Source: a virus
IMG/VR virus record: IMGVR_UViG_3300048580_000994
Span: 1 to 64,000 of that record
DNA length: 64,000 nt
Reading direction: 5' to 3' (one strand)
The first letter of the stretch is position 1, and every line of letters starts with the position of its first letter. Under the pieces are notes generated by a model. The model was not told where the DNA came from and did no database searches. It saw only the letters and a list, made by a program, of their open reading frames with translations. Below, one piece after another: positions 47,009 through 55,599 of the stretch. The translations under genes and the position numbers were made by a program.

Positions 47009-47080
47009 TGGGGTATAGTTCAGCGGTAGAACACCGGTCTGTTAAACCGGGAGCCATTGGTTCGAATCCAATTTCCCCAG
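47009..47080 (+). tRNA. tRNA-Asn(GTT)
   Basis: CCGGT-CTGTTAA-ACCGG. Confidence 0.85.
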
Positions 47081-47103
47081 CTGATATGATAAATAAAGAG
47101 ATT

Positions 47104-47177
47104 CGGAGTGTGGGCCAAAGGCTGGCCGCCAGTTTTGGGAACTGGACATCGAGTGAGTTCGATTCTCACCACTCCGA
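47104..47177 (+). tRNA. tRNA-Pro(TGG)
   Basis: CCAGT-TTTGGGA-ACTGG. Confidence 0.85.
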
Positions 47178-47215
47178 CTTACTAATAAAATCAATAGGTT
47201 AGCAGAAATGTTAGC

Positions 47216-47818
47216 CTATTTTTTATATTTTTCTTCCCACAATCTTACTCTTTCAAATAACTCGTCTATCGTTATGGATGAATTATGGTTCTTGCGTGAA
47301 TTATCAGATTGTGAAATTAATTTACAATTCGCTGGGTGACTTATAAAAAACGGGTCTATTTTATTTTTAAAACCATCAGCCATGCTATACATGTGATCCC
47401 TTGATATTCCCCCTTTATTTGTCAGAGAATTAAACATCCCATGTTGTATTAATAATTTAAAATCAAATTCTTCTGGATAATCTTTGATGTTAAATAAAAA
47501 CTTTGATTGTTCTTTGTATTGTTTTTTATCGTTCATAAAATCAATTGGTTTAACACGTAATTCATTGTTGAATTTTGCAGCACAAGAACTTGAGCAGAAC
47601 TTTCTTTGGTGCCATACTGTTAAATAATTATCACAACAAATACATTTTCGTAGCTTTGATTGGTATTTTATTAATAAATCTGCAGCTATAATTCGTTTGG
47701 TTAAAATACAAGAACATTTTGGTCTTGTGATTGTACCATTTGATAATCCATGCATTCTCATATGCCCAGATAGAGCATTTTGGTTTTTAAATTCTTTTTG
47801 GCATATATCACATTTCAT
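47216..47818 (-). CDS. C2H2 finger + HNH-like endonuclease (HPANC family)
   Basis: CDIC..HMRMH; SRDHMYS..HPANC..N. Confidence 0.75.
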   Translation of the reverse strand: MKCDICQKEFKNQNALSGHMRMHGLSNGTITRPKCSCILTKRIIAADLLIKYQSKLRKCICCDNYLTVWHQRKFCSSSCAAKFNNELRVKPIDFMNDKKQYKEQSKFLFNIKDYPEEFDFKLLIQHGMFNSLTNKGGISRDHMYSMADGFKNKIDPFFISHPANCKLISQSDNSRKNHNSSITIDELFERVRLWEEKYKK

Positions 47819-47842
47819 CTTGCGTTTTCTCCGGTATAAGTG

Positions 47843-47930
47843 TATAAATAATGAAAGTGGGACACCCCATCCTCCGGTGGACTTCAGTTGTCAACAATAC
47901 TCCTGATCACCACTATTAGTATTATTTATC
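47843..47930 (+). ncRNA. Nuclease-associated three-way-junction sRNA element
   Basis: AGTGG/CCACT; loop CTCCGGT equals RBS region 47829-47835. Confidence 0.7.
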
Positions 47931-48004
47931 ATTATGGTTATAAAAGTCAATAATTATGTTGACATGATTGCTAAATAAGTGTAGTATCTAAAAGTAAGAT
48001 TAAT

Positions 48005-48079
48005 GGATCGGCCAGCGGTATTTACTGGAGGGTTTTCTTCTAAAAAACTCATATGCGGGTTCAACTCCCCAACGGTCCT
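48005..48079 (+). tRNA. tRNA-Arg(TCT), degenerate
   Basis: GTTTT-CTTCTAA-AAAAC. Confidence 0.5.
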
Positions 48080-48129
48080 CTGAAAATGTTTGACAAAGTA
48101 TGGAGAAAAAGGTATATTAATAAAATCAA

Positions 48130-48201
48130 CTGCCCATAGTAAAAGGGATATTACAGGAGTCTTCTAAACTCTTAGTCCAGGTTCGAATCCTGGTGGGCAG
48201 G
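48130..48201 (+). tRNA. tRNA-Arg(TCT)
   Basis: GGAGT-CTTCTAA-ACTCT. Confidence 0.85.
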
Positions 48202-48388
48202 CTAAATTCTCCAACAATATCAATGACTTACAACTAAAATCCCCCATAAAATTCCAAGAATTATTTCTTGGAATTTTTTTTATTGACAAATCATCAAAAA
48301 TGGGACAAGATGATAAATAATAGTATGGAAAGAAATTCCATTGGGATTTTTAGAAGTTCCATATTAATCCAAGAAGGAGGATACAATT

Positions 48389-48637
48389 ATGGTAAGTGCA
48401 ATATCTGGTGTTAGTCATTCTGCTCAACGGGCATATGCTGTTCAAATGCAGAGTATTTTATCACAAAACCGTCAAGAAGAGCGTCAAGCTGTAGCGGCGA
48501 TTTCTGGTGTTTCGTCTGTATTATCTGGACAAGTTCAAGCTGAACAAAAGCCAAAGGAAGAAAAGAAAACTGAACAACCAACCACACAATATGCTTCGGC
48601 TGAAGGTCGGGGTAAGAGTGTTAATATAGTGGTGTAA
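48389..48637 (+). CDS. Small low-complexity protein with GxGxxVNIxV C-terminus (YjfB-like)
   Basis: GGAGG RBS; late promoter. Confidence 0.55.
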   Translation: MVSAISGVSHSAQRAYAVQMQSILSQNRQEERQAVAAISGVSSVLSGQVQAEQKPKEEKKTEQPTTQYASAEGRGKSVNIVV

Positions 48638-48640
48638 GAA

Positions 48641-48880
48641 ATGGCAACAGAGAATGATTTTGTAAATTATCCGAGAATGGTTAGTGGATATTGGGTTCAC
48701 AATGCTGCTGCAGATGCTGTAGCATCGAGGGGGCTTGATCCAAAGACTACACCACCAACACAAGATTATAGTTTACCTGTGACTGCATCATTTGCCAATA
48801 CAGGATTAAACAATCGTTTATCTGGTGGGTTGAATAGTTTTATCAATGAACTATCGACTTCATATTCTAAAAAAGAGTAA
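48641..48880 (+). CDS. Hypothetical protein
   Basis: ORF in operon. Confidence 0.55.
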   Translation: MATENDFVNYPRMVSGYWVHNAAADAVASRGLDPKTTPPTQDYSLPVTASFANTGLNNRLSGGLNSFINELSTSYSKKE

Positions 48881-49028
48881 TTTATTCTTTTTTGATAAAT
48901 AGTCATACTATGGATGAATTTGACAAAAGATTAAGACAGAAGATTAAAGAATATATAAGAAAAAACAAGGAGCGTTTGAAGAAGCTTTTCAAGCGCAAGA
49001 AACCTGTGTCTGAATCTGGTGAAAAGAA

Positions 49029-49616
49029 ATGAGATTGTATGAAATAACACGAATAACAAAAAACTCCCAAGCCACCAGAATATTAAAAAGATCTGGGTGG
49101 GAAATTGCTGGTGAAGGCGCGAACGCTACTGTGTATTTTCGTGAGGACAAACCATATGTTTTAAAAATATTTACTCCTTATGATAGTGCGTTTGTTGCTT
49201 ATATAAAATTTTGTCAAAAAAATTCAAACCCGCATTTCCCTAAATTTTATAAGGATATTGTTAAAATAACTAAAAATTTGTGTGCTATTAGAATGGAGAG
49301 GTTGTATCCATTGGATGAAACAGAAGAAATTATAACAGGGTTAGAAATATTGGCTTCGTATATTTCAAAATATTCTATTGATCCATCGTTTCTTTCGCAT
49401 TCACCAGAAAAATTAGAAAATTTTTTGAAAGAAGTGGTTGAAAAACGAAATGATGTTCTTAATTATTTTGATGAATCTGTGGTGGCAGCTGCAGAATTGG
49501 TACCTGATATTGCTAAAAATAGAGGACATTTAGATATGCATCCACGTAATTTTATGCAACGATTGGATGGTACATTAGTTTTTTCTGACCCTATTACTAC
49601 TTTTTTTGGGAGATAG
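49029..49616 (+). CDS. Protein-kinase-like protein with MRLYE N-terminus
   Basis: GEGANATVY, VLK, MERL, DMHPRNFM, SDP. Confidence 0.8.
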   Translation: MRLYEITRITKNSQATRILKRSGWEIAGEGANATVYFREDKPYVLKIFTPYDSAFVAYIKFCQKNSNPHFPKFYKDIVKITKNLCAIRMERLYPLDETEEIITGLEILASYISKYSIDPSFLSHSPEKLENFLKEVVEKRNDVLNYFDESVVAAAELVPDIAKNRGHLDMHPRNFMQRLDGTLVFSDPITTFFGR

Positions 49617-49618
49617 AA

Positions 49619-50044
49619 ATGAGATTGTATGAACTATCATTAGTTTCCAAAAAATGGTTAAATTCACCCACTGAAGGATTTTTGGAACCAACTGTGGAAA
49701 ACATTTCGAAGGCGAAAGAGTTTGTATTTCGTAAATGGAAGGAGCGTGCTATTGAGCGAATGGAACGTGAACCATTAGATTTATCCACTGCTTGTAAATT
49801 CAGTTCATTATTTGTGAAGATGGTATTTGGCGGGACGATAAAGGGGACATGGGAGCATCAATACAATGACATTAATGGGGTAGTGGTTGACCTAAACAGC
49901 GATGCTGGGGACGTTTTAAGGCTACTGGAGCCACATAAGCATGATAGAAGGTTCATTGGTAACAGGGAGCATAATGAGTCGTTAGAGTCTTGCATTCCAA
50001 GGGTGAAACGTTGGGTAGAAGAATTTCATAATAGTGTCAGTTAA
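49619..50044 (+). CDS. Hypothetical protein with MRLYE N-terminus (Cys/His/Asp, possible transglutaminase-like)
   Basis: ACKFSSLF..HQYN..VDL. Confidence 0.6.
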   Translation: MRLYELSLVSKKWLNSPTEGFLEPTVENISKAKEFVFRKWKERAIERMEREPLDLSTACKFSSLFVKMVFGGTIKGTWEHQYNDINGVVVDLNSDAGDVLRLLEPHKHDRRFIGNREHNESLESCIPRVKRWVEEFHNSVS

Positions 50045-50122
50045 TGGTCTGATTGTGGTGATAAATACTTTTGTGGAATAATCTTTCCACAAAAATCCCA
50101 ACAATTTAGGAGTGATTTAATT

Positions 50123-50266
50123 ATGGTCACCACAATAGCCAAGAACTACATTAATGAAATATTAAAAGGCGAGCGTCAACTTCAAAAGATTGAGAAGACT
50201 GAGCAGAAGGTTGAGCAGGAAAAATTCCGCAAAGACGAGTCAAAAAATATTGATATTTTGGTGTGA
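50123..50266 (+). CDS. 47-aa protein ending NIDILV
   Basis: AGGAG RBS, late promoter; below ORF-track cutoff. Confidence 0.5.
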   Translation: MVTTIAKNYINEILKGERQLQKIEKTEQKVEQEKFRKDESKNIDILV

Positions 50267-50274
50267 TTTAAGTT

Positions 50275-51075
50275 TTATTTTTTGATAGCACTAAACCCCA
50301 ACCTATTTAATAGGGAGTATACAGTCCCTATGTTATCGTGTTTTATGATTTTAGTTATTTCTGAAACAGTATAATTATCACAAAGATTTTTTATATGTTG
50401 TTTCATGGAGTTCCAATCATTAATAAATTCTTTTGTTTTTAGGTTATCCAAACGTAATCCAAAATATTTATTACAACCTTTCATTATTTGGATTGAATAG
50501 TTTATATTACAAGAACAATCCTTTTTATGTTCTCCGCAGCAGTGACAAATTTTTATTTTCTCCCAAGATAATTTTGGGGTCCATGGTCCTTTTGGTCCTA
50601 TCCACCCTTGACCAATATATTCTTCGATTAAATGTTTTGGGATTTTGATTCGTAAATTATCTATCCAAGAATGAACCATCCAAGTGGTTCCGAATTGGGA
50701 ATTTAATTTTCCGCCTTGTGAGTTATTCATTGTGACAGGCATATTTTTTCTGGCATATTCATAAAGATGAGAATTAAAATATCTATTTTGGTTGTGAGAT
50801 ATAGATGAACTTTTCATCATATTAAGTGCTTTAACCATACTATACCATTCTATGGATTTTTCAGGTAACATTTTACAGAGTAGATAGTGACAAATAAAAT
50901 GTTCTCTGGCTGTTAATAAGATTAAATTATTTGTATTATCCAATCCACCTAATGACCTTGGTAGTATATGGTGTTTTTCATAATAAGTTTCTTTGGATTT
51001 AATTCTTTGTTGTGATTTGGCGTTTTGGATAATTCCATAATACCAGTTATAATATTTGTTTTTTATAAAAATCAT
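50275..51075 (-). CDS. HNH homing endonuclease (MIFIKNKYY family)
   Basis: EKHHILPRSLGG..NLILLTAREHFICH. Confidence 0.85.
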   Translation of the reverse strand: MIFIKNKYYNWYYGIIQNAKSQQRIKSKETYYEKHHILPRSLGGLDNTNNLILLTAREHFICHYLLCKMLPEKSIEWYSMVKALNMMKSSSISHNQNRYFNSHLYEYARKNMPVTMNNSQGGKLNSQFGTTWMVHSWIDNLRIKIPKHLIEEYIGQGWIGPKGPWTPKLSWEKIKICHCCGEHKKDCSCNINYSIQIMKGCNKYFGLRLDNLKTKEFINDWNSMKQHIKNLCDNYTVSEITKIIKHDNIGTVYSLLNRLGFSAIKK

Positions 51076-51099
51076 TTTGACTTATCTCCAGTCTAAAGT

Positions 51100-51184
51100 T
51101 ATAAATAGATGAGCGGGACAAGCCCTACTCCAGTTGGGTTTTTCAGATGGTCGAATCTCTGAAATACCGCTACTATTATTTATC
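51100..51184 (+). ncRNA. Nuclease-associated three-way-junction sRNA element
   Basis: Same as 32589 copy except P3; loop CTCCAGT. Confidence 0.75.
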
Positions 51185-51253
51185 TTTTTCTTTCATTTTT
51201 GTGTAAAAATAATTTGACAAAATGATAAATAAAGTTTACTATATAATTAATAT

Positions 51254-51427
51254 TCGGGGATCATCTAACGGTAGGATCGCAGACTTTGAGTGTGAATTTT
51301 TAATAAAATTCCAATATCCATTTATAAATAAATGGATAATTGTGGGAGGAGGATTTAAGTCCTAAAGAGTGCAAATCTCAGCCCTCCACATTATCTGCTT
51401 GTCGGGGTTCGAATCCCTGTCCCCGAT
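51254..51427 (+). tRNA. tRNA-Gln(TTG) with ~103-nt intron at 37/38 (~51290-51392)
   Basis: GCAGA-CTTTGA[intron]A-TCTGC; intron ends pair GTGTG/CACAT. Confidence 0.75.
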
Positions 51428-51446
51428 CTTATTTTTATCTAACCAT

Positions 51447-51520
51447 GGTCCTATGGTGAAATTGGATATCACGATAGCCTCCTAAGCTTTAATCCCAAGG
51501 TTCGAATCCTGGTAGGACCA
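51447..51520 (+). tRNA. tRNA-Arg(CCT)
   Basis: AGC-CTCCTAA-GCT. Confidence 0.75.
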
Positions 51521-51551
51521 CTCACAATCCCCATAAAATCATAAATACAAT

Positions 51552-51624
51552 TGATCTATAGGCTAATTGGACAAACCCTCTGAATCCGATTCAGATATTC
51601 CAGATTCGAGTTCTGGTAGGTCCG
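51552..51624 (+). tRNA. tRNA-Arg(CCG)
   Basis: TCTGA-ATCCGAT-TCAGA. Confidence 0.75.
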
Positions 51625-51662
51625 CTTTATTTTTGTTGTAATTATTATTCATTTATGTTACA

Positions 51663-52145
51663 ATGAATAATGAAGAGAGGTGTATTATGTTACCTGTAAT
51701 AAAATGGGACGACCAATATAGTGTTGGTATTGATGCCATCGACAATGATCATCGAATGTTTTTTGAGATCACTGAAATGTTGAGTTGTATGGAAACATAT
51801 GAAGAGGTATTGGTGATTCGTTGTTTGTCTATGTTCAACGAATGTCTTCATGGACATTTTTTACGGGAAGAATTGGCGATGGAGAAAGCCAACCATGATA
51901 ATTATGCTGAACATAAGAGACAACATGACGCTTTTAAAGAAAAGATTGCAGATATAATGGATTCATATTATAGTGGAAATTTAAATGCTATTGTTGGTTT
52001 TCCACAATTGATTTGTGATTGGGCATTAACCCACATACCAAATAATGATTTATTATTCAAGGGTGCCATTTTACCAGAGCATGTTGACAATCGTTCCATT
52101 GCCGCATTAGCGATGGAAAGTTTTAAAAAATCGATAAAGGGATAG
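51663..52145 (+). CDS. Bacteriohemerythrin (start possibly 51687)
   Basis: W..YSVGIDAIDNDH, HFLREE..M, HKRQH, W..HI..D. Confidence 0.9.
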   Translation: MNNEERCIMLPVIKWDDQYSVGIDAIDNDHRMFFEITEMLSCMETYEEVLVIRCLSMFNECLHGHFLREELAMEKANHDNYAEHKRQHDAFKEKIADIMDSYYSGNLNAIVGFPQLICDWALTHIPNNDLLFKGAILPEHVDNRSIAALAMESFKKSIKG

Positions 52146-52474
52146 TTTCTATAAATTGTTTGACAATGCCACAAAATCTGCTATACTCTATATATGAATT
52201 TGTGAGGAGAGAAAGTGGAAATTTTTATGATCATTGTCATATTTTTTGTTGCTGATACCATTTCCAAGGTTCGCAACAAGTAATCAGGAGAGATGCCATG
52301 GGAAAATTTGTAGTGTCGGTTGAATGGTCACAGACTGATTCCACCAATTATTTAGTTTGTGCTGATAATAGGAAACAAGCTGAGATGAAGGTTAGGGAGC
52401 ATCTTGTTGGGAAACGTTTTAGATATATTTGTGTTCGGGAAAAAATTGATATTGAACTTTTATAGGAGAATGAA

Positions 52475-52672
52475 ATGGGTGCAGTAATGTTTATAGTATC
52501 TACTAAAATTGGGTTAATGATTGATTATATTTTGGGGATGTTCATTGCAGGATTTGTTGCTGCAGATACTATTTCAAATGACACTCCGAATTACAAAATG
52601 AAGCGTCTTGGTATGATATTATTTTGGCCATTTTATGTTGTTCGTTGGTTTTTTAGGACTGTGCTAAGATAA
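52475..52672 (+). CDS. Small membrane protein
   Basis: ILFWP motif, RBS. Confidence 0.55.
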   Translation: MGAVMFIVSTKIGLMIDYILGMFIAGFVAADTISNDTPNYKMKRLGMILFWPFYVVRWFFRTVLR

Positions 52673-53103
52673 CCATTTGATAAAATCTGTTATTATGATG
52701 GAAATTGGAGAGTTTGAAATGAATAATGATGCACGAAAACAATGTGAAAAATTGGCGAATATTTTACTTGAACTTTTCGCAAATGCAGACCCTGATCCTG
52801 AAAGTGGTATGACATTCAAACAAGAATATGAGCGTTGTGCTGGGGATGGCGAATTTGAAAAAATGGTTAGAAAGAATGTTGAGGGATATTTTGGGATTGA
52901 AGGAGAAAAAGAATGACTTGTAGGCATTGTGAAGCGAACAATGGGGTTAGGATTGTGGCATTGATTACCAATGGTGAATCTGTTGTTGCGCCTGTGGCTG
53001 TGACTTGTTCTCATATGTCTGATAAGGATTGGCATAAGACGAGGCGAAAGCCCAAACCCAGACCAGTATTTACCCTTATTAAAAACCCAGATTAATCTGG
53101 GTT

Positions 53104-54405
53104 TTACTGTGAAATAGACCATCCTTTATTTTTGCCACGAGTTGTGGGGGTGGTATTTTTTGTGTCTAACCTATCTAATAAACCACATGGAGTTAAATTA
53201 TGGTCTATGCTAAATTGTTTTAATTGTTTTCTGGATAGTTCAAATTTATTATTGAATGGATCTGTAATAATAATTGGGGTCATTTTTCCATTGTTTCCTC
53301 TACCAATTTCCCATCCGTTATTTAAATATTGGTCTAATTCTGTTGATTGAATCATTTTTGATTTTTGTGATGGGTGTTTGACCCATATAGTGTTCAATGC
53401 GTTGATGTTTGGTTTTCCTTTTGTTGGTGTTATTATTTCTCCTGTAATCCAACGAGGATCGTTTGTATTAATCCTTCCTAATTTTTCTCCTGTTTTAGTG
53501 TTAATTGCTGGACAGGTGTTTTTTAATTTTTTATTGGATGTCCCCTTGGATGAGTGAACTAATTCCCCACTTATATATCTTGGGTCTGTCGTATCAACCA
53601 TCATATGTTTTCCTTCTTTGTCTTTCACTACTACTTTTCCTGTAGTAGAGCCAATCAAGTTTGTGTTAGTCTCAAATTCTTCTTTTGATACAATTAAATG
53701 TTCACCTGTTGAATTTTTGGCTACAACCTTACCTTTGTTTGCCTTGCTTAAATTTTCACAATGTGTTTTTGATTTTCTTTTTCCTTTGGATGATGTAGAT
53801 ATTTTTTCTTTTATTTCAGGGCGAGATTGGTGGTGTTCAACATTATATAATGATAAACATTCAGTTTTTAGGTTTTCTTTGAAATCCTCTGATTTAAAAT
53901 AATTATCAACTCCATAAATGGCTAAACAACCTTTTTTATTGGCTTCTTTTCCTTCATCTGATTGTATGAAATAATCTGTTCCGTATAATTCTCTGTTGTT
54001 TTGTTTTATTTTTGGGTGTTCAAATCCTGTCGCAGATCCTTTAAAATTATTTGATATATTTATATAGGATAAATCGTTGACGCAATTATTTTCCATTATA
54101 TATTTTGTTTCATAAACATATGCTAATGGTTGATTTTTGAACAAAGGATTTTCGTTGATGAAATTTTGTAAATCTCCAAAATCAGTTATTATTGATATTA
54201 TTTCGAATGCAGAAATTCCTTTTTTCTGTATAATTGATTTAATATATTTTGATGAAGTAAAATAACCATATTTGTGGTGTGAATTAAAAAATAAATCTGG
54301 GTGGGCATGGTTCCCCCATTTTGCTCCAACATATAATCGTGAAGTGCTTTTTTCTTTTATTATATAAAAATATGGTGTATGTTGATAAATAATGTTGCTG
54401 GACAT
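53104..54405 (-). CDS. GIY-YIG/NUMOD homing endonuclease-like protein
   Basis: PYFYII..LYVG..YFTSS; YGVD repeats; DPRY/DPRW..GE; GWEIGR. Confidence 0.75.
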   Translation of the reverse strand: MSSNIIYQHTPYFYIIKEKSTSRLYVGAKWGNHAHPDLFFNSHHKYGYFTSSKYIKSIIQKKGISAFEIISIITDFGDLQNFINENPLFKNQPLAYVYETKYIMENNCVNDLSYINISNNFKGSATGFEHPKIKQNNRELYGTDYFIQSDEGKEANKKGCLAIYGVDNYFKSEDFKENLKTECLSLYNVEHHQSRPEIKEKISTSSKGKRKSKTHCENLSKANKGKVVAKNSTGEHLIVSKEEFETNTNLIGSTTGKVVVKDKEGKHMMVDTTDPRYISGELVHSSKGTSNKKLKNTCPAINTKTGEKLGRINTNDPRWITGEIITPTKGKPNINALNTIWVKHPSQKSKMIQSTELDQYLNNGWEIGRGNNGKMTPIIITDPFNNKFELSRKQLKQFSIDHNLTPCGLLDRLDTKNTTPTTRGKNKGWSISQ

Positions 54406-54535
54406 TTTGCGTTTTCCTTTGTCTAGAGCAAGTGGAAATTGGCGTTTCGCGACTTGCGTTATTTTGTGCTTGACTTTTTTTAGTCATCTGCTATAATCTA
54501 TTTATCATTTAAATTAAAAAAGAAGGATTTTAATT

Positions 54536-55552
54536 ATGGGCGGAAATATCTGGAAGAATCCACCGACTGTTAGATTGGAAAAAGTAGGATATGAGGTATT
54601 AACTAATAAGATTCTTTCTGTGTTGGGGAAGAAATTTGGGGAGGAAAAATTTTTTCTGTTACCTTCTTTTCGTTCCAAGGAAGACTTTGGCGATGCTGAT
54701 ATCCTTGTGAAGAACGAGGGATATGTTAATTTCAGTCAATTTGTTGAATTTGTGAAGGAGTCCTTTGGATTAACCAAAGATGATGTGTCTCGCAATGGAC
54801 ATTTCATTTCTGTTCGTATTGAAAATTTTCAGGTGGATTTCATTTTTCATCTGCCTGAAAACTGGGAAACTGCGAAGAACTATTATCGTTATTCTGACTT
54901 GGGTAATTTTATTGGGAGAATTTCGCATAAATGTTCGTTCAAGTTTGGGCATGACGGATTGAGCTTTATCTTCCGTGATGGCAACTACCAGTATGGCGAA
55001 GTGAATGTTTCCAAGGACACCAGTAAAATCTTGCGTTTTCTTGGTTTCAATCCTGTAACTTTTTTTGAAGGATTTGAGACTTTGGAAGATATTTATCGTT
55101 ATGCAGCGAGTTCCAAATATTTCAACAAGAGCATCTTTGCATATGAGAATCGTAATCATATCGCTCGTGTTCGTGATGAGAAGCGGGCTGCATATCGTGG
55201 ATTTTTGGAATGGCTTGAGACTGAACAGAACTTGACTGCTTATCCATGGGAGGATACTTCTGAACTTGGTGGGCGGGTTGAGAAGCCTGAATTCGTCCAG
55301 AAGGCTTTTGAATTTTTCCCAGAATTTGTGGAAAAGTACAATGCCATGAAGGCAGAGCACGCAGTTTGGAAACGTTCCAAAGAAGTTTTCAATGGTGAGC
55401 TTGTGTCCAAGTTGACAGGTTTTGTTGGAACTGAGCTTGGTGGTTTTATGCAGCACCTAAAGAGGAACGCTCCAGAAAATTTTGCAGCTTGGGTTGTTGA
55501 AAAACCTGATGTTGCAGAATGGGTATTAAGTGAATTGTCCACATTTAAATAA
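54536..55552 (+). CDS. Pol-beta-superfamily nucleotidyltransferase
   Basis: KEDFGDADIL, FQVDFI, KFGHDGL. Confidence 0.75.
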   Translation: MGGNIWKNPPTVRLEKVGYEVLTNKILSVLGKKFGEEKFFLLPSFRSKEDFGDADILVKNEGYVNFSQFVEFVKESFGLTKDDVSRNGHFISVRIENFQVDFIFHLPENWETAKNYYRYSDLGNFIGRISHKCSFKFGHDGLSFIFRDGNYQYGEVNVSKDTSKILRFLGFNPVTFFEGFETLEDIYRYAASSKYFNKSIFAYENRNHIARVRDEKRAAYRGFLEWLETEQNLTAYPWEDTSELGGRVEKPEFVQKAFEFFPEFVEKYNAMKAEHAVWKRSKEVFNGELVSKLTGFVGTELGGFMQHLKRNAPENFAAWVVEKPDVAEWVLSELSTFK

Positions 55553-55599
55553 GAGGTGTAATATACCTCTTATTTAAATAAAAAGATAAATATTCTATT

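Noticed and set aside
54406-54506. Tenth copy of the nuclease-associated sRNA upstream of 53104..54405
   Set aside because: Only a single hairpin with partial GCGTTT repeat; no TATAAATA or three-way junction. 27549..28622 also lacks the element.
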